Origin: Nemertoderma westbladi | Lineage: Eukaryota; Animalia; Xenacoelomorpha | Assembly: GCA_032718475.1 (NCBI GenBank) | Contig: JAUCBJ010004237.1 | Span: forward strand, 1-64,000 | Direction of reading: 5' to 3' | DNA: 64,000 nt | In this document: positions 11,899-23,769 of the stretch, piece after piece | Layout: the number at the start of each line of letters is the position of its first letter | How positions within the stretch are numbered: position 1 is the first letter of the stretch | Notes under the pieces: model-generated | What the model was told of the DNA's origin: nothing | Databases searched by the model: none | The model's input: only the letters and a program-made list of their open reading frames with translations | Program-made: the position numbers and the translations under genes

Positions 11899-14441
11899 AT
11901 GGCGAGCAAATTGATCAGAAAGAGAAAGGCGGAGTCAGGAGGAAAGGAGATACTGGTGGATTTCACCGAGAGGCATCCGGAAGAGAAGACGAGAGGATAC
12001 TACGAGAGGTTGGAAAGGGGTCACGCGGCACGAGCGCTGCAGGATCACTTCCGGGAGATGCACGAACAGCGGCTGGTCGGGACCTACGGGACGCCGTCGC
12101 TGGACAACGCGATCTTCCAACACTTCCACTACGTGGTGAAAGGGGACGATGCGAAGTTCAGGATTCCGAAGTACCCGAGGGAATCACCGAGGAAGGACTG
12201 GAAGAGATTCATAGAGTCTGTCAACAGGGGAGGATATATGATCCTAGACGACGAGGGAACCGTGGAAGACGAGGCGGGTTCGAGACGAGGATCGGCGGGG
12301 TCGGCCAGGACCATACTCCTACATTTGGCCGCACCAAATGGGGACATCTTCTTATTCGATCTAGGAACGTATGGGAAGAAGGACGGGCCAAAATTAAACC
12401 GGTTGCCGAAAGCGGTACAAGTCTTGGTAAGAGAGAAGTCGACGACGAAAGTAGGATCGGCGATTCGCGAGGATGCGGAGAGAATCATCGGTCCGGACGC
12501 CACCAACCTCCTGGATATGCAGAAGGTCTTTATGGCTATGACGGCACCGGATGGGTTGGGGGTAGTCGAAAACACAGGCCAATGCGGGGCAGTGGCAATG
12601 GGCCAACTATTGGGGCTCGTGTGCCACAAACCGATGGACTGGGGGAAGTTCAGGGAAGAATACGGAGCAGAACTAGCGAACTCGCTAAAGTGGGGAGCGA
12701 GACCGGGAAAGCAAGAGGTATATCAATTCCGCAGAGGAGCGATAAAGGTATATCAGAAGCGATATATCCTGCAGGAAGACTGGATGATGATAAGTTTGCT
12801 TAACTTATTTATGACCGTGGTTATCGAGAGGGAACCAGCGGCATTTCTGTTATCAGGATCACCCCTAAGCTACAGGAGAGCCTTTAAAATGGCCTCCGAC
12901 TGTCTGGCAGACCACCCGGGGCTGAAGGGCGAGTCGGTGTACTACAACAGCCGACATCTGGTAGACGGGGAGACAGATACGCCGTATCAGAGATGGGAGC
13001 AGCTAGAAACGGATAGACGAGAAGCAAAGCGACTGGAAGAAGTCGCTAGATGGGAGAGGATAGAAGCAGAGGAGAGGGAAGAGGAGGCCAGGACGCAGAG
13101 TTACGTGTTCGAGGAACAGGCAGGCTTAGACGAACTTCATTGGACTTCGTCAGGGAGTTCGGGGGAGTCTCTAGGGCGAGAACTGGGATGGACGGTGGGA
13201 TCACCGAAACAGTCGACGTCGGGGTTGCAAGAGATGCCCATACCAGCGGGCGCCGAAGGCGACCAACCGCCAAGGAAGTTAAGGGAACTAGAGGGATGGA
13301 GAGCTACGGGCGAGAGCCAAGGCGGGAAGGGACATAGTGGATCCATCGGGATACCGGGGTTGGAGCCACTGCCAGAGGAGGAGGATGACGACGAGTTCGG
13401 AGAGATGCCGCCCATCGAGAGGATAGGCCACTCGGACACGGACTGGGTTGGCGGAAGGGTGGTGACGGCCAGTGGGCGAGGGCCTTCTGGAACAGATCCG
13501 GTAAACGGACCTGGGTGCACGAGGAGCCGGCGATGGATTTCGCGGGGAGCACTATCAGGTTGGGCGAGCAACCGGGGACGGCACCACGGATAGTATTCGG
13601 GGAGACGATGCCCGAGAGGGGCGGAGAGATCGACGTAGACAGGGACACCAACGTAGAGAAGTTCGCCTACCAGCGACTCCACAGACCGCGGAGATCGCTT
13701 GGGACGAAGGACGACGTGGGGCCGGAGACATTGGTACTCGGCTGCAACTACTGTGGCAGGCAGACCCACCAGGAAAGGAGCTGCTTGTACCGGTTCCAAA
13801 AGGGAACCTTTTGTCTCTACTGCCGAGAGCCGAGCCACAGGATGGGGGCGTGTCCACGGTTGCATAACCGATGTCCAAAGTGCAACTTTCGGGGACACTA
13901 CGGACGCCAGTGTGACTGGATGGACGACGAAGAGAAGTTCAGAAGATTCGAGGAGTGGGCCGACGTCGGGGCCATGACGCGCCAGCGCATGAAGGCCCAG
14001 GAGTTCAAGTGGGGTTTCTTCCTTATCAATCAGGAGGCTCACATGGAAATCATAAGGCGGAGGCTACCGTTTACCTATCAAGAGGTAGCAACAGCAGCGT
14101 CGTATGCCGGAGTGATGAACACACAAAGATATTTGGACAGGTGGACGCCACAGAACTGAGGGGAGTTTAGGGATTTCTTGGCGGAGCACGTGCCGCGAGC
14201 AATGAAGATGATCCTATGGGACGCCATCAGAGGGAGACAACAGGGCCACTCTGAGGGGCCACCGGCGAAGCGATATCAGGCACTAATAACACCAGCGCCC
14301 AAGGAGCCAACAACCGGAATCAGCAGGGAGGTGGCGGCGAAAGTCCGAAAGCAGAAAGCGGATCCCAGAGGAGCGGTGGTAACCAAGAAACGACCCAGGG
14401 AAGAGGATGCCAGGGGGAACTATCCCCAGAGGAACAGATAG
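11899..14441 (+). pseudogene. ORF3: DEDDy-type 3'-5' exonuclease (WRN/EXD/Mut-7-like) + acidic linker + three CCHC zinc knuckles; one frameshift (~13419) and one in-frame TGA (14157)
   Basis: ExoI YMILDDEG; LLHLAAPNGDIFLFDL; LPKAVQVLVREKSTTKVGSAIRED (ExoII); NLLDMQ; KWGARP...QKRYILQED (ExoIII-like). Knuckles CNYCGRQTHQERSC, CLYCREPSHRMGAC, CPKCNFRGHYGRQC. ORFs 13515-14159 and 14178-14441 share a frame. Confidence 0.82.
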
Positions 14442-15123
14442 GTTCCCAGGGCCGGGGGGAGAGAAACTGAGACTTGGACGTGGTACGCCTGGAAGGCGCC
14501 GCGTGGGACGTACGAACTATTAAGTACAAATTAAGCTGATGCAAATAATTAAATAAGTGCAATTATATGTACGTACGTAGTAATCAGTAGTTTAGCAATA
14601 AAATATACGTTCGGAGTAAGTACTATAGTCATACAACCTTTCTCAATTAGCTACTGGGACTGGGGGGATAACTGACTATGGCACTATGAATGAGACACCA
14701 GACGATTTCACACTTCTTGAGTGCGACGGCACAAGAGGGGGGGGGGGGGAGATTCGTCAGAAGGGATGAGGTAGTCGAAGCGGGGTTGAGGGACGGAGTA
14801 ATAGTGCGAAGTGCGGAGAGAGTGCGGACGCAATTCTAGTGTGGGGGGGGGGGGGAGAATAAGAGGCTGAGTGAGGGACGAGGAGGTCCGAGGGTATGAG
14901 AGAGTTAGGGTGAGAGTGGAGAAGAGATAGGGCGAAAGTGTTGGGGAAACAAAAGTCGCGTGAGAGGTGAGCGCGATCGGCCCGACATGGACGCCAGGCA
15001 TACAGGGTAGCGTTATCATACCCATAGGGAGCAGCCTGGAAAGCCGGCTCCGAGAGAAAAGAATTCCACCCCACACCCGATACTAGATCGGGATCCAGCG
15101 GGATTGTAGCGCACTTAAGGTGG

Positions 15124-15161
15124 ATGCTATCTTCTCACCGGGAAGATAGCATGGGGGGGAG
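15124..15161 (+). promoter_or_regulatory. Polypurine tract (GGGGGGGAG) preceded by a perfect 11-bp hairpin
   Basis: ATGCTATCTTC-tcaccgg-GAAGATAGCAT (15124-15152), then the G-tract abutting the 3' LTR TG at 15162. Confidence 0.85.
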
Positions 15162-15706
15162 TGTTAGCTTATTCAATCCCGCTAACACCCCATAAAAGTT
15201 AAGCCGATAAGCAATATTGGGGGCCACGAGATTGGGTAATCACCAACTCGTGTCACCCCAATAAAATGGGAAGGAGAAACACAATGAGGGTCAGGGGCCA
15301 AACCCCTAACCCAGAGAGAACAGGTGGAGTGAACGGGAACACTCCAAAGGGCGCCAACAAGGGTATCAACCAATCAGAGGGGGGAAAGGCATCGATTAGG
15401 TAGAGTAACAAGGCCAACCCGTGCAATATAGCCAGTTGGCAGTAATCATTTCATTCAGTTATCTCAGTATCATATTGGTGCTAGTTAGGTTAGTTAGTTT
15501 AGCTAGGGAAGGACCGGGACTTTAATTACCGTATCCCGCCTTCCGTATACGACAACATTATCCATATCTATGCTTATATCTATATACCCGTACAACCGAT
15601 TATTATATACGACGAACGACACGAACTCTTTTTACCTTTCACACACGGCGGGGACGCGTGAACTAAACAACCGGATAAACCGGGATCCTTCCTGGATCCC
15701 GTCACA
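15162..15706 (+). repeat. 3' LTR
   Basis: 545-bp direct repeat of 3281-3825, followed by TSD TCAAC. Confidence 0.97.
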
Positions 15707-16260
15707 TCAACAGGAGTCACGACATTGCGGCGCCTGTAAACTGTTTGGCCAGTTGGAGCAGGTAGAGAAGTGGTATTTTCAGTTTCCTCTATCGAAAAAG
15801 GACCAGGTGGTTCTGCCATTCGTGTCTCAACTACATTTGTACGGTTAGAATCTACCAGTGGTCGTTTTGAATGATGTGCTTGTTCATCTTCGGAAGAAGC
15901 CTGAGGTGGGCCCATTCGCTTGTACAATGGAAAATGGTGGCGCCTTCTTGCGGATTCCGACTTGGGGACAACCCGAGGAGTCAAATTTAATAGTTGTTCG
16001 AACCTATAGCCAAGTCTCTTCATGTCTCTGGCCTTATTCAATATCACATTAAACTCTTCATCGCCTAAGAAACCATGGGTTAGTATATTTACATCACATA
16101 ATTGTCCTTCATAATTCACCCTATAGTTACCACCTTGAAGCTTTGGCTTACCGTCGTAATCTTCTACCTCAGACGATAAATCAACAATGAATATTGAATT
16201 GTCCGCCCTGCAGTACACAATAGCATTTTTGTAGGTATCATCAACGTCATTGACATCCAT
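15707..16260 (-). pseudogene. N-terminal half of the EnSpm accessory ORF
   Basis: ATG at 16260, 16 nt past the end of the transposase. Open to the LTR junction and in frame with 2711-3280. Confidence 0.75.
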
Positions 16261-16275
16261 ATTTAATAATAATAA

Positions 16276-18213
16276 TTACTTTCTATTACAGAGTACTGAA
16301 ACATAAAACAGATCATGGTGAGGAAAACAGATAAACCAATGGAATGACTCTATTATAGTTTCTATGACTGAACCATACCTAAATAAACCCTCCCCATACC
16401 GATGACTCACACATGGAGATGAATATAGATCAGCCACATGTTCAAGTTTATTTCCTGAAACGTTAATACTCTGAATATCATAGGAAACTAATGACACTAT
16501 TATGACGCATTTACTATCATTTACATAAATACAGTTTCCCCTTTTCAATTTCACTACTTTGATTTAAGTCTTCGTTTCAGAATGGACATGTAGGATTCGA
16601 AATGGAATGCGCTCCATTTATCCAATGCTCCAAATTTCTCAACATAATCAACAATGTGGGATAAAATGTAAACATTATACGTATACATGATAGATGGTGT
16701 ATAGAGTTCAGACAACTTTGAATGAAAATTGTTAATTAGATCTCGTGCATACGAAGTATATATTACGTTAGAAGCCAAATCATTTGACACTAAGATTTGG
16801 ACAGTAACATGGAGCATCATAAGATTATCAAAATATAGCTTTGGGAGAAATTCTTTCATGAGTGGACTGGCATATAGTAAGAAGTTCCTAAATTCTGAAG
16901 CTTTAAAGTGTTTTAATTCGTCAAATCCACGTAATTTTCGATTAAATATTAAAGGCATATATCTTCCAAATGATTTGAGAATAGAATTCAGATCACATTT
17001 CCTACTTGGTCGAAGAGCACATGGCAAAGGCATAGTACGACTACAAATGAAATCGGTAGAGACCCAACTACTGATCAACTGCTTCACTACACCCAGGCAC
17101 ACATATACAGTGCATGTATTCTGGAGGTACAGATGATACAAAGCCAAATAAATTCCTTAAAGGTGATAAACTTTTCTGGTGGACTGTATCTGAAATGGAA
17201 AGATATTCGTGATCTGTTCGAGGAACAAAACCGCTTCCCGGAAAAATGTTCTTTGTATTTTCAATATTACGAGCACCATAAATTTTACAATATGTGCAAG
17301 AACCATAACCAGAATGGCCTTTATTACACAGTAGCCAGGTACAAGCAGGGACATCTGCAATAAGAAGCATTGTTATAATGTGATTCGAAAAAACATAGTC
17401 TATAAACAACTTTAAATACTCTGAAACATTGTAAGGTTTACCACTTGGTCCAACCCAAAGCGCGATTACAAATGGAGGTATATTTGATCATAAATACAAC
17501 CAAGTATTGGCCAATATGAAGCATTTGATAACTTAGTCCATGGAGTGCCATCAATGTTAATAACAATTTGCAAAGAATGATAATCACGCGAAATTCCAAA
17601 AAATCTCATATATCCCCCAGAGCAGTATGTGATGTCTTTTTTGGAAGGATATAATGTTCTATTGCTATCTAACAACAGCAAATTATGATGATGACGAAGG
17701 GTTTCGGTAGATAACGGTAAATCTGGATGACCGCTAATTTTCAAAATAGACAATAGTGATGAAAATGCCCAGTCGGAAACGGTAGCAATTAGTGTTTAGC
17801 CAGCTTAGGAGACAACAGCACAGCTTGTCATTTTTAACATACATATCATCATTGGAACTGCACATTTCAATAACACTATCAACTGATAATACATCACTTT
17901 CATCACTACTACTGTCCGAATCACAATGACTAGCTTCTGACAACTGACTAGTTGTAGTCATATCTATATCTACAACTGCTGTGCAAGCTAAAGAATTAAT
18001 CGGTATACCGGTATTGATATCGGTATCATCATTTATCAGAATATTTTGATGAAGCTGCTCTGGAGCTATAGCCAATGTGTCACCTTGACTGTTCTGGTTT
18101 TCGATTACCGCTACCGGTACTGGAATAATCGAATCGGTAGGACTATGTAAAAAAGGAATCTCATTTGCTATCTCTCTTTGTTGGCTCCGAAATAATGACG
18201 ACCTTGATGACAC
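16276..18213 (-). pseudogene. CMC-EnSpm-like DDE transposase, multiply frameshifted
   Basis: INIDG.P..K.S..SYWPILG; IADVPA..L..KGHSGY.SC.YC; RTD; EYMHC..LGV.K; FKASEFRNFLLY; YNV..LSHI...V..FG.LD.WSAF.FESYM..LKR. Confidence 0.85.
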
Positions 18214-19719
18214 ACTACTGACGTAGCTTTGGCAGTATGGTGTACTGGGAGACTGGTATCGTTAAAATAGACCTAAAATAGGCTAATCTTCTTCGGGAAT
18301 AATTAATCCGGCACAGTCTGGCGATCTGGCACAGTCGGCACAAACTAAAATCGGAAAATAAACTAAAATAATAGGCCTACGCCTACTACTACCGGCTGAC
18401 CCGTACCGGTACCGTACTGCGTACCGTACTGTCAGACTGTATTAGAGTAGGCCTCAGGCCTACAGTAGTGGGCAGTAGAAACATTTTGGCACCTGGCATG
18501 CCATGGTGGAATTGTTACAAGAAACCTAGAAGTTTCTTCCGCGCATTTGAGAAATGCGCGGCTTAACGCCGCCTAATGACGATTTTTCACCGCACAGCGG
18601 AGCGTGACAAGTCTATGCCGCCGAACCCACTTGGTGTGAATCTGAAACTGAACTGAGTAGGGCCTACCGGTACCAGTATTGAGTAGCCTACCGGTACCGT
18701 GAATGTACCGTAGCAATGCAATTTAGCAGTTCAGCAATTAAATCTGCCACCATCTGTAGGCCTACCCTACAGGTCTATGTCTATTGTCTATCTGTCTATG
18801 CCAATCTAAAACTATGCCATTTAAAAAATTTCCAATCGCTCCGCTCGCATTTACATTCGCTAGGCTATTTCATATTTAAACATTTAAAGTACCGGTACCG
18901 CAATTTATTATATACTAGAATAAACTATAATTTAAAAATCTTCTGGCATCTTCCATCTTCCACATACATTGTGGAAAATATACCGAGCCAGCGTATTTTC
19001 TTACCATAGGGAGGCCTGTATATGCTGAATTGCTGACATCATGCCTTCCACGTACTGCATACAGACGTAATAGTAAAAATACAGAAGTACGCGGCGTATC
19101 TTCCGCGTAAATTCAAGCAATTCCAGTCTGGCTGGCGTAGCCTTGCACGGAGCCGGCGCAAGGTTTTTTCACCCGGTGTGGCTTTGCACAGAGTTGGCGC
19201 AGGATTTTTTGCACCCGGGTCGCTTTCGGCGCAGGAAACAGGAAATTTAAACTTTTCAAAAGAGGGTACCGGTACCGGTAATCAGTGTTAAAAAATTGTC
19301 TAGAAAATCGTAGGTCCAGTACCGGTCACCGGTACCTAGGTGGTGTGTACCAAATTAATTTGAGCCGCTTCTACTAATGTACGGGCACGACGGTTGCCAG
19401 AACCGGGTGCCGGGTACTATGCCTACAGTTTATAGTACCGGTACTACCATAGAACCTACTAAGTTTACAGGACGATATTTTTTTTAATATATATATTATA
19501 TATAATATAAGTTTAAATTAAGTAAAAAAAGTTAGGGAATATGACTGTAGGGTGTGAGATCAAGTTGTTTTAGTATAATAATATAAATCTTTTTGGAATA
19601 GTCATAAATTGGAAGTTGTAACTCGCCGCGCACCAACCTTAAAGAATATCCTTGCGCCATCCAGACTGAGGTGTACAACTGAGGTGTACTTCATCTAGTG
19701 ATTTTCTAGGAGTTCATAA

Positions 19720-20185
19720 ATGTGACAGAGCGGCATGTGTCCCCTGTAAAGTATTATTACCTTTAAAATATGTCAGCTCAACAACTAACAAAAGCCACAG
19801 GGTTTATATAAAGAATGATTTATCTTGCAATGCTAAAAATGTTATTTATGTGGTGACTTGCCTTAAATGTAACTTATTTGGTATCGGTTCAACAGAGGAC
19901 TTAAAGCCTAGGATAGCCAACTACAAGACAAAGATAATTAATGACAAACCATCGACTGCCATCGACAGACATTTTACTACCTCGGGTCATTCGTACAATG
20001 CACACTTCAGAATTACACCATTTGATTGTCTACCGATCTCAGCAAACAAAAAACTGAACCGACAAAAACTCAGAATTAAAGAGGGAGAATGGCAGTGCCG
20101 GTTGGAAACTTTACAACCAATGGGTTTGAATGTTCTCAACAAGGCGGTGATCAATAACTTTGGACTTGATGTTTTCAATCCTTAA
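19720..20185 (+). pseudogene. Penelope GIY-YIG endonuclease domain (copy 1)
   Basis: C...C..C...SCNAKNVIYVVTCLKCNLFGIGSTEDLKPRIANYK...HF...GH...EGEWQCRLETLQPMGLN. Confidence 0.88.
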
Positions 20186-20277
20186 GAATTATAAAGATTA
20201 AAGATTCACAAATTCAACAAACTCATTAGTTGCTAGGGTAGTATTATTATTTGTAGTGCAATAATTCTAGAATATCG

Positions 20278-20320
20278 TTTATTTGAAAAAGATAGAGAGA
20301 GCTATCGAAAGCTAATAATA
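20278..20320 (+). ncRNA. Minimal type I hammerhead ribozyme motif (U3-A8 core variant)
   Basis: TTAT-TTGAAAA(A)-GATAG agagag CTATC-GAAA-GCT-A-ATAA. Palindromic helix III AGCT, located in the pLTR. Confidence 0.7.
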
Positions 20321-21002
20321 AAAAAATAAATTTTTAGTGATTGATCATATAAGTTGTCACTTTTTGAATTCTTAAAATATTATTATACTAAAACAACTTG
20401 ATCTCACACCCTACAGTCATATTCCCTAACTTTCTTTACTTAATTTAAACTTATATTAATTTTTGACTGTGGATGAATGGCGATTGTACCAAGAATTTTG
20501 TTCCTACAATTAATAAATTTAGGCTCGCAACTAATTTTGGGTCAACTTCAAAGATAATTTCTTGAAAATTGCAAGAAGCACAACGTAATACCGAAGGGTT
20601 TGAGGATTTGCTTAAACCTTAATTTACCTGGTAATTCTATTCATTTTGAACAGGTTCGCATTAAAGCTAAAAATAATATTTTTAAAGCCGAATTAAATAT
20701 TTTGGAAGTTGTTTCTCTTCATGCCGAGACGAGGCGAAGACATTTTCTTAGTCTTTTTATGAGAGCTAAATCATCTGCTATCACCTATGATAATTCGAAT
20801 TCAATCTTGTCCCGCGTTTATGATCACATGAAAAACACTTCTCGTACAGTGAGACAGCGTCTGATAAAAAAGTGGAACAGTTTAATGAATGAAACCCGCT
20901 CTGCTTCAAGCCCCAACAATGTTTTATACGATAATTTGTTATCTCATAAAAGACATAAACCTGGACCTCAGAGATCCGCACAACGTAGACTTAATTACTT
21001 AA

Positions 21003-22408
21003 CCCTATTAAACCTGGGGGGGTGGGGGGGGTCAATATGACCCCCCCCGTGGTTTTTTTATTATAATTCTGAAACAAACGCAGTTGGGAATCTGAAATTT
21101 TATGACTTTTCCTAAAAATCTATTGTCTTCCTAGTAGTGAAAACCGTTTTCAAAAATATTGGGTACTTTTCGAGTTATAGCACCATTTTTTAACCCTACT
21201 TTTGGCACTTTTTTTGAGACGTTTTTTGAAAATTACATTTCATTAAATATGAATTGTAACATCTCTATTTTTGATTTACACCGTTTTTTTGGTGTTAGAA
21301 ATTTGATGGAATTCATATAAATTGATTTAGAAATTTCGAACTTGTTTTTTTCGGTGGGTGCCAAATTTTGGTGCCAGCACCAAATTTTGAATTATGTCAA
21401 TTTTGTAATTTGATTGTTTGAAACTTGTTTTTTACGCAATTGGGGTTTTTTGGGGTTCTGGATTCGATGAAATATATACGAGTTGCACCAAGCGTATCAA
21501 ACTTGTATTTTTCGGTGCTGTGTGCAAATTTTGGTGCTAGCACGAAATTTTGAAAATTCATTCGATAGATAAAATTGCTTGTGACAATTTATTTCTTGCG
21601 TTTTAGAGGTTTATGGCTGTTCTGAATTCAATGGAATAAATAATTATCGAACTAGACATCTTAAACTTGTATTTTTCGGATGTGGGTGCAAAATGTGGTG
21701 CTAGCACCACATTTTGCACCCGCTTCCGAAAAATACAAATTTGAGATGCCTAGATCGAAAATTATATATTCCATTCAATTCAGAATAGCCATAAACCTCT
21801 AAAACGCAAGAAATAAATTGTCACAAAGAATTTTATCAATTGAATGGATTTTCAAAATTTTGTGCTAGCACCAAAATTTGCACCCACCACCGAAAAATAC
21901 AAGTTTGATACGCTTGGTGCAACTCGTATATATTTCATCGAAACCAGAACCCCAAAAAACCCCAAATGCGTAAAAAACAAGTTTCACACAATCAATTTAC
22001 AAAATTGACATATTTCAAAATTTGGTGCTGGCACCAAAAATTGTCACCCGCCGAAAAAAACAAGTTTGAAATTTCTAAATCAATTTATATGAATTCCATC
22101 CAATTTCTAACACCAAAAAACCGGTGTAAATCAATAATAGAGATGTTACAATTCATATTTAATGAAATGTAATTTTCAAAAAACGTCTCAAAAAAAGTGC
22201 TAAAAGTAGGGTTAAAAAATGGTGCTATAACTCGAAAACTACCCAATATTTTTGAAAACGGTTTTCACTACTAGGAAGACAATAGATTTTTAGTAAAAGT
22301 CATAAAATTTCAGATTCCCAACTTCCCAACTGCGTTTGTTTCAGAATTATAATAAAAAAACACCGGGGGGGGGGGGGTCATATTGACCCCCCCCCGGGTT
22401 TAATAGGG
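21003..22408. mobile_element. piggyBac-type fold-back MITE (almost entirely palindromic, ~1.4 kb)
   Basis: TTAA|CCCTATTAAACC...GGTTTAATAGGG|TTAA. Arms mirror each other to a centre at GTGCTAGCAC (~21697-21706). No transposase. Confidence 0.9.
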
Positions 22409-22731
22409 TTAAATGTAACTTATTTGGTATCGGTTCAACAGTGGACTTAAAGCCTAGGATAGCCAACTACAAGACAAAGATAATTAATGACAAACCATCG
22501 ACTGCCATCGACAAACATTTTACTACCTCGGGTCATTCGTACAATGCACACTTCAGAATTACACCATTTGATTGTCTACCGATCTCAGCAAACAAAAAAC
22601 TGAACCGACAAAAACTCAGAATTAAAGAGGGAGAATGGCAGTGCCAGTTGGAAACTTTACAACCAATGGGTTTGAATGTTCTCAACGAGGCGGTGATCAA
22701 TAACTTTGGACTTGATGTTTTCAATCCTTAA
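22409..22731 (+). pseudogene. Penelope GIY-YIG endonuclease C-terminal part (copy 2)
   Basis: Near-identical to 19863-20185. Confidence 0.88.
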
Positions 22732-22823
22732 GAATTATAAAGATTAAAGATTCACAGATTCAACAAACTCATTAGTTGCTAGGGTAGTATTATTATTTGT
22801 AGTGCAACATTTCTAGAATATCG

Positions 22824-22868
22824 TTTATTTGAAAAAGATAGAGAGAGGTATCGAAAGCTAATAATAAA
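22824..22868 (+). ncRNA. Minimal hammerhead motif, second copy (one helix II mismatch)
   Basis: Same as 20278-20320 but with GATAG..GTATC. Confidence 0.6.
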
Positions 22869-22956
22869 AAAATAAATTTTTAGTGATTGATCATATAAGT
22901 TGTCACTTTTTGAATTATTAAAATATTATTATTATATATAATATATATATATATAT

Positions 22957-23746
22957 ATATTTATAGAAACAATGTGATCCAGTCTCCTATCAAAAATGAA
23001 ACCTAACTACAAATAAACACTTTAATAACTGCAGGAATAACTATCCTATATATTAGAAAATACAGGACATTTAGTCCGCCGAAAGGGGTAAGTCTACATA
23101 CTAAATTTTATAAAAATAAAGGGTTTCAGGATTTAAACACTGTACCCGGGGAAACACAGCTCCATCATCAGCAGTGTACTGTGAGTCCCTACCCTATCTA
23201 AATACGGCACAGTACCAATTGACCAATATAATACAGGAAATGAAACCAAATACTGAAATAGAGAAATAAACAAATCAGACCGGTAGTAAATAGATGAAAC
23301 CCAAAAACTGATACCACTAAAGGCTAAATAAAATACATGAAACCAAAATAAGAATGAACCCAAATGAGAATAGTGCCCAAATAGTGAACTACTACTATAT
23401 CTAACCTGCATAACAAATAAATCCATAATGGCTGTATTGCACAGTCTAATAATAGATATGTTATATAATGGTATGAATACAGCAGTAAATAACAACCCCA
23501 AGACCATACAGACACCCCCCCCCCCAAAGCACTGATAGAATAATGATACCCAATAGAAACTCCCAGAACTAGAGTAACGGAAGCAACTAGCTTTCAATAG
23601 GCTACAAGAGGCATACTGCACAAGAAATATATAAGAAACAATATGGGTACAGTACAACATGACTGGCGAAATATATATATAGAAACAATGTGATCCAGTC
23701 TCCTATCAAAAATGAAACCTAACTACAAATAAACACTTTAATAACT
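22957..23746. repeat. ~70-bp direct repeat after (TA)n tracts, flanking A/C-rich non-coding DNA
   Basis: TATAGAAACAATGTGATCCAGTC...TTTAATAACT at ~22962-23030 and ~23678-23746. Confidence 0.8.
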
Positions 23747-23769
23747 AATATATATATATATAATTAAAT

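Larger units (their letters stand above)
3281..15706 (+). mobile_element. Full-length BEL/Pao LTR retrotransposon with extra ORF3 (12,426 bp)
   Basis: Two 545-bp TG...CA LTRs, 5-bp TSD TCAAC (3276-3280 and 15707-15711), gag-PR-RT-RH-IN order, PPT before the 3' LTR. Confidence 0.97.
2597..19219 (-). mobile_element. CMC-EnSpm/CACTA-like DNA transposon (transposase + accessory gene) interrupted by the BEL element; left end lost
   Basis: Transposase at 16276-18213 and split accessory ORF. Putative terminus ...TTTTTTGCACCCGGG at 19219 with a subterminal near-repeat (GGCGCA..GG.TTTTTT.CACCCGG at ~19155-19220). Boundaries are inferred. Confidence 0.6.
19504..22930 (+). mobile_element. Penelope-like element: short inverted segment, endonuclease-containing pLTR, ORF N-terminus, MITE, then endonuclease + pLTR; RT missing
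   Basis: 19504-19582 is the reverse complement of ~20377-20457. 19863-20385 is repeated directly at 22409-22930. N-terminal motif FLENCKKHNVIPKGLRI at ~20558-20608. Confidence 0.85.

Noticed and set aside
13400-13520. Programmed -1 frameshift between the exonuclease and the knuckles
   Set aside because: No X XXY YYZ slippery heptamer was seen. A 1-nt deletion in GAGAGGAT (~13419) explains the shift.
6957-14042. Long antisense ORFs (6957-7631, 9852-10571, 13137-14042)
   Set aside because: Shadows of the purine-rich sense ORFs, with no recognisable motifs.
11899-14441. env gene
   Set aside because: No signal peptide, furin site plus fusion peptide, or C-terminal transmembrane anchor; the motifs are exonuclease and CCHC.
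23133-23660. 175-aa hydrophobic ORF resembling a membrane protein
   Set aside because: Product of T-rich low-complexity sequence.
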